DNA from: Octopus sinensis
Lineage: Eukaryota
Direction: 5' to 3'
Length of the DNA: 64,000 nt
Assembly: GCF_006345805.1 (NCBI RefSeq)
Contig: NC_043005.1
Location: 15,624,001-15,688,000, forward strand
This document shows, piece by piece, positions 39,890-53,511 of the stretch. Under the pieces are notes generated by a model. The model did not search any database and was not told the DNA's origin. It saw nothing but the letters and a program-made list of their open reading frames with translations. The number at the start of each line of letters is the position of its first letter. Positions within the stretch are counted from its first letter, which is position 1. The translations under genes were made by a program, and so were the position numbers.

Positions 39890-40154
39890 ATAAGAGCTGT
39901 TATTTTTGTTCCCGCCCCTATCGGATTGTTCTGTGCAGAATCATAAACCATCGTATAATGTGCTGGTTTTGCTGTTTTTCCCGTCCTTGTTGAGTCCCCA
40001 GGTGAACATATGATCAATTGCGTTCCAGGCATGACAATCGCGTCCTTATATATATTTAGGACGACACTGTGTAATATCTCATTCCTTCTGTTGTCGTTGT
40101 TGTTGTTGGTGGCGGCGGTGTTTATAGCTCTTATTTTTTTTTATTTATGCTCCC

Positions 40155-40440
40155 TTTTCAAGCCTAGCCAGGCTCATGGGCCCGGTTTCCCGATTTCTGT
40201 GGCGTATGTGTTCCCCCACCCCCAGCTGGACGGGACGCCAGTCCATCGCAGCGTTACTAAAGAAACAGGAAGAAAGAGTGAGAGAAAGTTGTGGTGAAAC
40301 GGTACTGCAGTGGTCGCCACCACCCTCTGCCGGAACCTCGTGGAGCTTTTAGGTGTTTTTGCTCAATAAACACACAGAAGGCAAGGTCTGGGAATCGAAA
40401 CCGCGATCCTCCGCCCTAACCACTGGGCCATCGCGCCTCC
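40155..40440 (-). mobile_element. tRNA-derived SINE with V-domain-like tail
   Basis: Head as in 4746-5124; tail GCGATGGACTGGCGTCCCGTCCAG shared with 53237-53465. Confidence 0.7.
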
Positions 40441-40809
40441 TGGTGGTTAGTAGTTGTAATAATCAGTGGTGGGGTGAGGATGGTTGTAGTAGACATAAAT
40501 ATAGTAGTAGTGGTAGGCTGAAACGATGGCGGTGGTGGCAGTAATTGAAGAGATGATCGTTATGGCTGTAATTTCTTTTATGCGTACTGATGGTGGCTGT
40601 GACGAATTTGGTTGTCTGATGTTGGTGTCGGTGGTTGTAGTGGAGGTGGAGGTTGTCGTGATGATGGTGATGGTGAGTAATTGCAGAGCTGGTGATGACA
40701 TAATAGTTGTCGTATAGGAAGTAGTTGTGATTACAGTGGTGGTGATTGTAGTAGTGGTAATGGTGGTGGAGTTGGTATTAAGGTAGTAGTCATTGTAGAG
40801 ATGATTGTA

Positions 40810-41387
40810 ATTCTTTTCTACTCCAGGCCCGAAATTTTGGGGGAGGGTAGCAGTCGATTAGATCGACCCCAGTGCGTAACTGGTACTTAATTTATCGACC
40901 CCAAATGGATGAAAGGCGAAGTCGAACTCGGCGGAATTTGAACTCAGAACGTAGCGGCAGACGAAATACCTATTTCTTTACTACCCACAAGGAGCTAAAC
41001 ATAGAGAGGACAAACAAGGACAGACAAAGGGATTAAGTCGATTACATCGACCCCAGTGCGTAACTGGTACTTAATTTATCGACCCCAAATAGATGAAAGG
41101 CGAAGTCGAACTCGGCGGGATTTGAACTCAGAGCGTAGCGGCAGACGAAATAACTATTTCTTTACTACCCACAAGGATCTAAACACAGAGAGGACAAACA
41201 AGGACAGACAAACGGATTAAGTCGATTATATCGACCCAAGTGCGTAACTGGTACTTAATTTATCGACCCCGAAAGGATGAAAGGCAATGTCGACCTCGGC
41301 GGAATTTGAACTCAGAACGTAACAGCAGACGAAATACTGCTAAGCATTTCGTCCAGTGTGCTAACGATTCTGCCAGCTCGCCGCCTT
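40810..41387 (-). mobile_element. Three-unit SINE array
   Basis: head+core+tail2 | core+tail2 | core+tail1. Confidence 0.9.
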
Positions 41388-43018
41388 AGAGACGATTGTA
41401 ATTGTGATTGTTCTGATGTTGCCAGTTATTGTATGGGTGTTTGCAGTGGTGGTGATGATAGTGCGGGTGGTAGTTGATGGTAGTTTGACAGTGACCGTAG
41501 TCAAGGCAATTGTATTGATGGTGAGGACGGTCTTGGTAATGGTGGTGATAGTCTTGGGTACAAGTTGATAAAATATGCACCGGTTTTACACACTAGAAAG
41601 ATTCAGTTTACTACGACAACTCATCAACAAAGATATGGCCTAGAATTGACATAAAAAAATTGGAGAAGGAGGGAAGTGGAGTCGTTGTCCTCCAGTATTT
41701 TATACGAGAGCAGCAAGATTGTTGCGGCAAACTAGGCCTACCATGATTAAAAGAGAGTAAACAGAGAGCTGGTGGGGAAAACTTTTGGGGCCTTTTATAC
41801 GGCAGATTAATTTGGAACTTCGTGTTTTCTTTCCATCGTATCGCTCTTAGTGCTTTTCTTTTTTTTTACTCCTGATTAAGGACCTTTACTTTTTGACATT
41901 TTAGTACGTACTTTTCGTTGATTTTTGCCTTCTATTTTTCTCGTCCTTGTATTATCCCTAAGATCTTGGTGAACCCTTGTGGCGAACGAAGTGGTAGTTT
42001 GGCAAAATCGTTAAAGCGTCAGACAATGTGGTATTTTTTCCGGCTCGTTACTTTCCAAGTTCAAATCCCACGGACATCAACTTTGCTTTTCATCCTTTCG
42101 GGTCGATAAGTAACAATCAGTTTAGTACTAGGATCGATGGTATCAACTAATCCCCACCCTTTAATGCTGCTGGCCTTGCGTCAAGATTTGAAATCATCGA
42201 AGGCGGCGGAAAGGATGCCTTTCAGTATTTCTTCCAAACCATTACATTCTGAGTTCAAATCCCGCCGGCATTTACTTTGCCTACCTTCTTTTCGCGGTCG
42301 ATAAAATAATGTACCATTCAAGTATAGGTGGGTGGGTGGGTGGGATCGATAGTTTCGACTAGCTCCTTGTTCCTCAAAATTTCAGGGCTTGTACCCAAAT
42401 TAGAAATCATTTTTATTGTTATTATTACAAAAGTGGTGGATTATCAAAGTCGGTAGAGCGGTGGACAAGTTCAAATAAAGTACCAGCCAGGTACTACAGC
42501 CAAAGATATGGATTAACACCATTCTCTAAAACCTGCTGGCCTTCTGTCTAAATTGAAACATTATCCTTTTCGTTTACGACGCACCGTAAAGCAGCGGCGT
42601 TCCAACAGTTTTAATACTCCTTTTCATCAGGTGAGTTGATTGGAGCAACGTGAAGTGAAGAGCCTTGCTTAAGGACCAAGAATCGAACATCTGATCTTAT
42701 GGTCGAGAGCCCAGTTGCTTAACTATCAGGGCAACCACCTTCATATACACACAATACCAGATTATAGAAAATACATTTATATTAGTAGTAGGCATAGTTG
42801 TGTGTGTGTGTAATTGGATTGGTACCCAATACACATATGAATGGAAAGAGAAAAGCATTCATCGGCATTCATTGAATTTTGTGATACTTAATGATATTGC
42901 GATATTTTTATGTATACCATCACCATGGGGCTTGCCTTGGCTATCTACGACAACACACACACACACACGTGTGCGCGTGTGCATGCATCATACACACACA
43001 CATACACACACACATGTG

Positions 43019-43447
43019 AATCTTTTCTACCCTTGGATCAAGGCCTGAAAATTTTGGGGAAGGGGCCAGTCGATTAGATCGACCTCAGTACGCAACTGGT
43101 ACTTAATTCATCGACCCCGAAAGGATGAAAGGCAAAGTCGACCCCGGCGGAATTTGAACTCAGAACGTAAAACAGACGAAATACCGCTAAGCATTAATCC
43201 CGGCGTGCTAACGTTTCTTATTTCTTTACTACCCACAAGGAGCTACACGCAGAGAGGACAAACAAGGACAGACAAACAAATTATGTCGATTATAATCGAC
43301 CCCAGTGCGTAACTGGTACTTAATTTATCGACCCCGAAAGGATGAAAGGCAAAGTCAACCTCGGCGGAATTTCAACTCAGAACGTAACGGCAGACGATGT
43401 ACGGCTACGCATTTCGCCCGGCGTGCTAACGTTTCTGCCAGCTCGCC
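43019..43447 (-). mobile_element. Two-unit SINE array
   Basis: head+core+tail2 | AAACGTTAGCAC partial head+core+tail1. Confidence 0.9.
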
Positions 43448-44149
43448 GTTTTACACACATGTATGAATCTACACACGAACTACTTGCAGCACGCGCAATG
43501 GAATCTGTGGTTTGGTTTAACATCAGCACTGGTCGGTTTCTTTGAACTCTTGTAGCAGAAATCCCGTTTGCAAGTATTCTAATTAGGTCTCCGATCTAAG
43601 GCTAACTCGATATCTTGATACCCCGCTTACAATTACTATAACAGTAACAACCGATGAACTGTGGTATTTAACTCTGTAACACCCCACCAACACCAACACC
43701 AACACCACCACCAGTCTCTGAGACCCCGTAAAAAGGTCATGCTTGCTGCCCTTTCTCCTGTCACTGAACTATTAAATAAATAAAATAACGGTTTTTGGGA
43801 AAATATAAAGACACATTAGGGGTCAAATGTCAACACGATAAGAAAAGGGGAGGAGGTATGTTTTCGTACCTGTTTTTTTCTCTTTTTCTTTTTAACTTTT
43901 AATTTGGCGGGAAGGCATCGCACATGGTCCTTTATATCTTCCGAACTTCTGAGACTGGCTGGGGATGAGAAGTGGGAGGAGGTATTTTCAAATCAGAGTT
44001 TGAGCCCCAGATGTTTAACGGCACCCAAGGAGGAAGTGGCTGTGTTCAACCGTGCAATGGGTCGGATCCACCACCCACGTAGGCCATAGTAAGATTTGGA
44101 TTCGGAATGCAATGCACAGGAACAAATGTCGCAATGTTTCCGCCAGTTC

Positions 44150-45080
44150 ACCATCTTAGACTCGTGCTTTATTTATCGACCCCAAGAGGACAAAAATAAA
44201 GTTGATCTCGGCGGGATTTGAATTAGAATCAAGGTGCAGAAATATACTCCGTGTAATGTATTGCGTTCGACGCTTCAACTTTACAGTTTACGTTATAATA
44301 AAGTTAATGTTATAATATTGGTTTCTAATCTAGGCACAACGCCAACAATTTCCAGAGGAGAGGTTGTCGATAACATCCACCGCAGTACTTGACTGATACT
44401 TTAAGAAGCCCAGAGACATAAAAGGCGAAGTTGACTTTGGTTGGGATTTGAACTCAGAATGTAAAGAGCCGCAAGAAAAACGTAACGCACTTTGCCCAAC
44501 GCTCGAAGATTCTGCTAAGTCACTGCCTTTAATAATCCTTTCTAATATAGACACAAGGCCTGAATTTTGGGGAGGAGGATAGGTGATTACATCGACCCCA
44601 GTGTATCACTGGTACTTAATTTATCGACCCCGAAAGGATGAAAGGCAAAGTCGACCTCGGCGGAATTTGAACTCAGAACGTCAAGGCGGACGAAATGCCG
44701 CTCAGCATTTCGCCCGGCGTACTAACAATTCTGTCAGCTCGCGCCGCCTTCCACTGCCTTTAATAGTAGTTTCTGATTTAGACACAAAGCCAGCACTTTT
44801 TTGGGGAGGACTTAATTGATATCATCGGATCCAGTACTTGACTGGTACTTTATTTTATCGACCCTGGAGGCATGAAAGGCAAAGCCAGAAATTTTAGGTC
44901 AAGGGGTAAGTCAGTTAGATCGACCCTAGTGTTCAACTAGTACTTTATTTTATCGACCTCGAAAGAATGAAAGGCAAAGTCGACTTCGGTGGAATTTGAA
45001 CTCGGAACGTAAAGAGTCGGAAGAAATGCTGCTAAGTTTTTTTTTTGTTCGACGCACAATCAATTCTGTGAGGTCACCGC
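44150..45080 (-). mobile_element. Cluster of older monomers of the same SINE family
   Basis: Repeated ATCGACCCC..GAAAGGCAAAGTCGAC..GGAATTTGAACTC cores. Confidence 0.8.
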
Positions 45081-46137
45081 CTCTGACAATTTTACAATAA
45101 CAAAGATATTACCATAAAGAAAAAACAATCAAGAATAAACAAACAAACAAACAAAAAAAGGCGCTGACAAGTGGTTTTGCGTTCAGTTCCTTTGCGCGCG
45201 TATGTGTGTGTGTGTGTGTGAGTGTGCACGCGTGCGCGCTTCCCTCACCGATTGACTACCAGCGTTGGTTTGTTTATGTCTCCCGTAACTTAGTAGTCCA
45301 GCCGAAGAACGATGGAATATATATCAGACTTATCATAAACAAATAAATAATAAATAAACACTAGGGTTGATTCTATCAACTAAATCCTTCAAAACGGTGC
45401 TCCAGTATGGCCGTAATCCCAAAACTGAAAGAGAGTGTAAGGAAGGTGGCGACCTGGCCGAATCGTTAGCATACCGAGCAAAATGGTCCGTTTTTATGCT
45501 CTGAGTTCAAATACCGCCGAGGTATTGAACTCAGTTCAAATACTTTTCGGGGTCGATAAAAAAAGTACCATTTGGACCCTGGGGTCGATGTAATCGGCTT
45601 ACCCGTTACTCCTCAAACTGCTGGCCTTGTGCCTAAATATGAGATCGATATAAGTACAAAGAGGTCAATATATATTACTATGAGGGGTATATATTGTCTA
45701 TGTAGATTCCAGTCCCTGGGTGATAATAATAGTCCATTACTCTGGTTCCTTTATCCCAATCTTAATTTAACGACCATTCGCCCTTTCATCCGAAAGAAAA
45801 GAAAAAGAAGAATAAATTTAAAAAAAAAAAGAAAAAGGCAAAAATGACCTCAGCAGGATTCGAACCCAGAATGTAAAATGTGTTACTGTCAGCCGCTATA
45901 CTAAAATAGCTAATCTTCTCGTTTCTTCATACATCGTTTAAAGGACCATAAAATTTAATGATGGATGGTGGGGCACAGAAGATGGAGAGTTTTGATGAAT
46001 TTAAAGTCCTTGGTATCACCGCCCTCCTCCACCACATAGTCTTAAGTGTGGTGTATATTAAGGTCTCCGAAATTAGGAAAATGCAAAGGGCGAGAGGCTT
46101 GTTAGGGGTCGAGGCAGAGATGATGGTATGGTAGCGA

Positions 46138-46348
46138 GTTGGCAGAAACGTTAGCACGCCGGGCGAAATGCGTAGCCGTATTTCGTCTGCCGTTACGTTC
46201 CAAGTTCAAATTCCGCCGAGGTCGACTTTGCCTTTCATCCTTTCCGGGTCGATTAAATAAGTACCAGTTACGCACTGAGGTCGATATAATCGAATTAATC
46301 CGTTTGTTTGTCCTCTGTGTTTAGCTCCTTGTGGGTAGTAAAGAAATA
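46138..46348 (+). mobile_element. Solo tail2 SINE with 13-bp TSD, inside a degraded APE remnant
   Basis: TSD GGTATGGTAGCGA at 46125-46137 and 46349-46361; the flanking minus strand carries FGDLNIHH. Confidence 0.85.
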
Positions 46349-46947
46349 GGTATGGTAGCGATGAAATGCTGTGACGTTCGTGCATTTCTCAACAACTCAA
46401 GAAGCACAGGGGAGCCTCTAGTTTATTGTTCGACCTGTTAGAAATAGCAACTAAAGTCCTTCCCTATCTTAAAAAAAAATGTAAGGATACATTGAATAAT
46501 GTAGTCCTCGAAAGCAGAGTAGACGGCGAAAAGATAAACAAACAAATAAACAAAACTACAAATAATAATAATAATGGAAAGTCACGGCTGGAATGACGCT
46601 GATCATAGTATCTGCTCGACTCAGATGAAACCTAGGGCCAAACAGCTAAATATTTAGCATGAACAACAACAGTAAAAACAATGATAATGAGAATTATTGA
46701 AATTAACAATATACATATAAAGGTGGATGCTCCAACATGGCCGCAGTCAAATGACTGAAACAAGTAAAAGAGTAAAAGAGTATATAGGTTTGCGTTTTTC
46801 ATGCTCGCTTAGCTCTTTGTATATTTTGATTTTTGAAAAGCAATATACATACCTGTATATCTTTCATGAGGTAAAGTTTGTCTGGTCTCTGGTACCCAAC
46901 AGCTGGCTGCGAGTATTATTAAATGACTGTGTTTATATATCTACCTC

Positions 46948-46979
<32 letters not shown>

Positions 46980-48353
46980 AATATATATATATATATATGA
47001 ATGTAGATCTGTCTATATATATATGAATGCGTGTGTGGTGTATATGCGATTGTTGGACTGTTGCTGACAAATGTACAGCGATTAAAATACAGGGTTTTCT
47101 TGCTCCGTAGCGTAACTAGGTATCATAATAAACATCGAGAACCTATATACATACATATATATATATATGTGTGTGTGTGTGTGTATGAATGTGTGTGTGT
47201 ATGCGTATCAAAATGTGTGTGTCTGCATGCATGTGTGTATGTAAAATTCTGGGATTTAAGTTCTTTACACAGTTCAAACCGGTTACAACCAGTGTGTGCT
47301 TGTGTGCATGAGTGTATGTGCACGTGTACGCGTATGTGTGTGTGTAATGTGTGTAATCTGTGTTGTGTTGTGCTGTGGTGTGTGTGTGTGTGTGTGTGTG
47401 TGTTGTGTGTGTAATGTTTGTGTGTTGTGTGTTGTGTGTTGTGTGTGTGTGTAATGTTTGTGTGTTGTGTGTGTGTGTAACGTTTTTGTGTTGTGTGTGT
47501 GTGTAAAGTTTGTATGTTGTGTGTGTGTGTGTCTAATGTTTGCGTGTTGTGTGTGTGTGATTGTTCTTAAATATTTATGAATGAATGTATGTATGTGTGT
47601 ATATATATATATGGTTGCCTGTTTAAATATATGTGTATGTTTGTATGAATGTATGTTTGTGTATTATATGAAGAAAAAAACTAAAAACAAAAAAAAAAGT
47701 GTGAACTAAGGAAGGACATCCAACTCTGTTGTATGAGGAAAAGACGAAGGCAAAGAGAAATAGAGAGAGAGTGAAACAAAAAGTGAGAGAGAGAGAGAAA
47801 GGGAGGAGAGAAGGGCTAGGTCGGAGAAAGTGGATAGAGAGAGAGAGAGAGATTGATATTAATAAGAAAAAGAAAAAGTAAAAACCATAGCGAAGGGAAG
47901 GGAGATTATGATGTAAGCCGAGAAAGAGAAAGAGAGGAGAGAGACGTTTTAATGCATGCACCAAAAAGTAACATGAGAGAGAGAGAGGGGGGATTGGAGG
48001 GAAGAAGAAGAGAGAGAGAGACAGAGAGATCTAAGCAGACGAGACACGTTTTTGATAAAAAGAGAGACAAGGAGGGAGAGAAAGGATAAATTTCTGTAAC
48101 AAATTCGTAGAAATGTAGGTAGCTACATTGAAATAGACTGATAAAATCAAAAAAAAAAAGGAGCGAAAACTGTAAGATAGATAGATAGATAGAGAGATAG
48201 ATAAATTAGATAGGTAGATAGAACAAAGATATGAGATGTTATAAGAAAGACAGTGGTGGTGGTGGTGGTGGTGGGAGGGGGGTTGATAGTGTGTGATGCT
48301 GGCTGTTATTGCTGGCTGGTTAGTTGGTTGGTTGGTCGGGCTGGTTGGCTTAC

Positions 48354-48438
48354 CGTACCCACTTTCGTTCAGCCAGTCAGTGCTTTTTATACTGTTTGTT
48401 ATCAGATGTAAAGACACTGCATTTGTGTACTTGTCATG
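48354..48438 (-). CDS. Candidate isolated 85-nt coding exon of an unknown host gene
   Basis: TTCTTACTTAG acceptor, open frame HDKYTNAVSLHLITNSIKSTDWLNESGY, G|GTAAGC donor; non-repetitive island. Protein not recognised. Confidence 0.25.
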
Positions 48439-48488
48439 CTAAGTAAGAACCTATTGTACCCTGCCCAAGCGCTGGTTCGGCATACACA

Positions 48489-48520
<32 letters not shown>

Positions 48521-48616
48521 CACACACACAAACAAACACACACAAACGCACACACACACAAACACACACAAACAAACACACACACACATGAACAAACACA
48601 CACACACACATGGACA

Positions 48617-48652
<36 letters not shown>

Positions 48653-48768
48653 CACTTCACACACAAACACACACACACACACACAAACACACGCACACAA
48701 ACAAACACACATACACACACTTGTTCGCAAATACGCTTAAATATATTCAAGGCAAAACTGCGTGTATG

Positions 48769-48805
<37 letters not shown>

Positions 48806-49757
48806 TATATATATATATATAAATAAATAAATAATATATATATATATAAACAAATGAACGCGCATACACACACGCACATTTAATATATCCGCGTATGAGT
48901 ATGTGTGCACACTTATGTATTTATTTATGTGCGAGTGTATATAGTATATATGTATGGATGGATGGGTGGGTAGATGGTTGTGTGTGTATGTGTGTGTACG
49001 TGTACGTGTGTTTACATATAAATTGCAAATGATAGGACAACACACACACACACACACAGACACACACACACACACACATTTAGGAGGCTGTTATAGTCGG
49101 TCAGCGAATGACCGTTGGTTTCGCGCCGATAAAGCGCTCAGCTGTTTAGGTAACACATCAAACTCAAATGGCAGGAGGCATATAACCTCTCTACCATCGG
49201 AGGGAGGAAATCCTTATGGTCAGTTAATTTACATGTATGTATGTATGTATGTATGTATGTATGTATGTTGTATGTATGTGTTGTGTGTGTGTCTGTGCGC
49301 CTGTGTGTTTCTACAGTACTTACTACAATCCTTTCGTGCTAGGTCAGTCTCAGTTGAGCATACTTATGTCTAAAGTCGTTTAATCCGTGGCCATTCAGCC
49401 CTTTTCAGGTGTAGTGTATATACAGCGCCATTTCCTTTATTTTTAAATACTATTGTGTGAAATGAGGGTAATTTGGCTGGTATTTTTAGCAAGCTGAGCG
49501 GCCACATGGAGGTACCATTGTTGGCTTGTGTGTACTGTGTAAGTAGTATATCAAACATCTGTCTATGTACCTGCCGCATACAACAGGTATCATTTACATA
49601 TTTACAATAACACTGATATAATATTACGCCCATAAATGCGCATAATTACATGTAGTGTATCTGTGTAAATGCATATATGCATATATCTATTACATGTTTG
49701 TATAATATATATTATATGTATCAAATATGTGTTACATAATATATATTATATATAATA

Positions 49758-50085
49758 CTAGCACTATGACCGGCGTCGGAAATTTTTTTAGTCAGCAGCA
49801 ATTCGAGGAACTTGATTAATGTTTGTTGTAAGTTTGGAGGAATGTAACTGGATACTCTTTAAGTTACGGGTCTTGTCCCCGCGAAAATTCTTTGAAAATG
49901 GGGTTTATCTGCCCCTGGGCCCTCATTAGGCAAGAAGTCGATAATGTTTTTGACCCATGACACTCCACGGACCCAATTTAATGCATGTGTAACATTCCAT
50001 TAACATTGGTTGTGTGGATCTCGAGTTTTAACGACATGACAAACACACAGGCAGACACATATCCTGTGTTATATATCTATCTATA
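49758..50085 (-). mobile_element. Second Helitron-like non-autonomous family
   Basis: ACTAGCAC at the left (CTAG|T on minus); CAGACAC..TTATATATCTATCTATAGA at the right (TC start on minus). Confidence 0.55.
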
Positions 50086-50190
50086 GATAGATAGATAGAT
50101 AGATAGATATAGATAGATAGATAGATATACACACGCAAATGTGTGTGCGTGTTATAAATGATATTCACATACATAGGCATACACACATGT

Positions 50191-50243
<53 letters not shown>

Positions 50244-50645
50244 TATGTGCTCACGTGCGCTGATATAGGGTTTCACCTGTCCTCTTATCCAACCAGACAC
50301 CTTGAATACAATAAAAAAACATTTAATTCTATTTATATTTCGCAAATGCTTTAGAACGTCAATAAACTCATGAACCATAAAATTGTATTAAATTTATTCC
50401 TGTCTTTCTTGATTTATGACGATTTTTACACGTTTTTTTTTTTCTTCACGATGGTATTTCGGAAACTTACAAATTCAGAAAATCGCTGGTTTCAAATGTG
50501 TTCAATCATTCGGATGCGGTAGTATTTATTGAGACATACATTATCCTTAGTAATCGAAGTATTTCAGCGCATACTTTGTGATCTTTCAGCGTAAAATTAC
50601 AAAACAATTACTATGATATCCTTGATTGAGAAAATATTCTGTGAG

Positions 50646-50683
<38 letters not shown>

Positions 50684-51411
50684 CAAAATAGGACAAGAGC
50701 ACAAAACATCCGGACTGTTAGGTGATACAAAATTGGGACAACAAAACATCCAGATAGACGATATAAAGAAAACAAGGACAGGTCATTCGAAGTTTTCTTT
50801 CCTCAGTCAAGTACCAGATTATCTTCGCAATTTCGGTTGATTATACTTGAGATTGCTCCAATCTGGCAATCCCCAAGGAAAAACTAAGCTAAGAGCATTA
50901 GATTCCTTGGAAGAAAGCAACGAATGTATACAAAAACAAAGACGAAAAAAAAATGGAGAATTTTACACAAATATAATAAAAATAATAATAATAACAGGAC
51001 TTAACAACAGGTGTCTTTCGACTAAGGACGAATTGAATTAAGCTGGCATGTGTGGAAATGAAGTCTTACGGCAGGGATACAAGAATTCACAAACACAGGG
51101 AGGAATATCGATGTTGCACGGACAACGGCCAGACTAAGAAAGAAAGAAGAGACTTGGCCGAACGCCAGTCACGTGGGAAGAGAAAAGAGAGAAATAGAAG
51201 CAGAGGGACAGAAGAATTAAGAAGGGGCGACAAAAAAATGACAGACAGACAGACAGACAGACAGACACACATACACACACATACGCACACACACACATAT
51301 ATATATATATGTAGTTAATCCAAACAAGAAAGCACAAAAAAACACAACAACGCGAGGACGTGGAACAAATATAGTATTATTGGACGCTCAGGAAAGAAGG
51401 AAAGAAGGAGG

Positions 51412-51446
51412 GTTTAACGTTTCGAGCGGAGCTCTTCGTCGGAAAC
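51412..51446 (-). ncRNA. Minimal hammerhead-like motif (variant core)
   Basis: Minus strand GUUU-CCGACGA-A-GAGC(UCC)GCUC-GAAAC-GUU-AAAC. Confidence 0.5.
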
Positions 51447-52110
51447 ATAGGAGAAGGAAAGATCCAGAGAAGGGAAGACAGAGGAAAAGAAATCGCCAAC
51501 GGTACACACGCGGTCACATTTTGAATCATATATATATTATAATGGAATAATTATTATGAAGCATTGTGTAGAATATATTGTATTCTACGGCTGCGCAGTA
51601 GATTTTGAAAAAGTTAAGACGTATAAATACGGGGCAAGTAGTTTGATCGCCCCGTGTGTATACGTTTAACCCTAGGTCGTCCTGCTGAAGAAGATTGCAC
51701 CTGGTGGGTTCCTTTACTCGCTAAACAAAAATCAAAACCAATTGATCCAGGAAACTAGATGGTAAAATGTTTTTATTTTTCATTTCGTTCCTGTCGAATT
51801 TTATCCCTAATTCTTGTGGTTATAGAACCTAGCTGTTCTTTCTAGCGTGTTGAATTCCTATGAGTAGATTCCTCATGTGTTTAAATATACACTATATCGT
51901 ATGACTATTATATATACATGATGTACGTTCCCGTACTTTAGCGGTTCGGCAAAAAACACTGATAGACTAAGTCCCAGACTTGAAAGGAAAAAAAAGTACT
52001 GGAGTCGATTCGTTCGACTAAAATTCTTCAACGCGGTGCCCCAGCATGGCCGCAGCTTAATGACTGAAACAATTAAAAGATAGATGATAAAGACATGTGT
52101 ACCTGTCTGA

Positions 52111-52189
<79 letters not shown>

Positions 52190-52394
52190 CGCGTTTAGTT
52201 TTTTTCTTTTACTTGTATCATTTATTTGTTTGTGACCATACTGGGGCACCACTTTGAAGGTTTTAGGTAATCATTTTCGCCATATTATTTATACCAGTCT
52301 GGCGATTGATTTATCCACGATATTTGTCGAACTGCTAAGTTGCAGGACAGAAATGGGTAACACAAAAGACAATATTTATACCAGTATAAACATT

Positions 52395-52492
<98 letters not shown>

Positions 52493-52627
52493 TTTCTGAA
52501 GAGATTTCTGCTATTAAATTCTGCGGCTGTAAAGAAGACATTTGCCTAAGGTGTCACCTTGTAAGATCGAATCCGGAAGCACATGACTCAGAAGACGAAC
52601 TTCATAACTGCATAATCATATATAGGA

Positions 52628-53070
52628 AGGGCGTCATCTACAACCACTGGGTTTCCTATGGCCAGACGGTCAACAAAGAGTATTTTGTGGAGGTTTTGAG
52701 AGAGTTGAGGAAAAGATTTCGTTGCAAAAGGCCAGAGCACCTGCACCAGGGCAATGCACGAGTCCATACTGCTATCCTGGTAACCAACTACTTGACAGAG
52801 AGGAGCATCAATACTGTCCCGCACCCTTCCTAAATTCCAGACCTGACTCTCTGCAAATTTTGGTTGTTCCCTAAGCTGAAGGAAGAGATGGACGTGGCTG
52901 TGACAATGGTCTTGGACCCTTTCACTTTGGAGGATTTTCATGGGGTCTTCACAAAAGGGCTATAGCGCTTCAACAAATGCATTGATGTCAGAATCTCCTA
53001 TTTTAATGAAGATTAGAGCTTTGCACTTTGAAATTAATAAATGTCTCTCTTGAAAAAATCACAACACTTC
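52628..53070 (+). pseudogene. Degraded mariner transposase C-terminus
   Basis: GVIYNHWVSYGQTVNKEYFVEVLRELRKRFRCKRP..LHQGNARVH..VPHPS*IPDL..CKFWLFPKLKE..NKCID; matches the HxDNA and YSPDLAPxD motifs. Confidence 0.85.
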
Positions 53071-53080
53071 TCATGTATGC

Positions 53081-53172
<92 letters not shown>

Positions 53173-53236
53173 TATATATATGTGTGTGTGAGTGTGTGTA
53201 TGTGTGTGTGGTGTGTGTGTGTGTGTGTGTGTGTGT

Positions 53237-53462
53237 AGGCGCGTGGCTTGGTGGTTAGGGTGTCAGCACCATGATCGTAAGATTGTGGTTTCGATTCCTG
53301 GACCGGGCGACGCGTTTGGTTCTTGAGCAAAACACTTCATTTGCCACTCAGCTGGCATAAATGAGTAACGCTGCGATGGACTGGCATCCCCTCCAGCTGG
53401 GGAACACATACGTCATAGAAACTGGGAAACCGGGCCCATGAGCCTAGGCTTTAAAAGGGCGC

Positions 53463-53465
<3 letters not shown>
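53237..53465 (+). mobile_element. tRNA-derived SINE with V-domain-like motif
   Basis: GGCGCGTGGCTTGGTGGTTAGGG..GGTTTCGATTCC head; GCGATGGACTGGCATCCC. Confidence 0.7.

Positions 53466-53511
<46 letters not shown>

Noticed and set aside
49098-49150. Hammerhead-like CUGA-GCGC..GCGC-GAAAC..GUC on the minus strand
   Set aside because: Core lacks NGA and no stem I can form.
50775-50815. Hammerhead-like CUGAGGAA..CGAA on the minus strand
   Set aside because: GAAA is broken and the stems are too weak to support a call.
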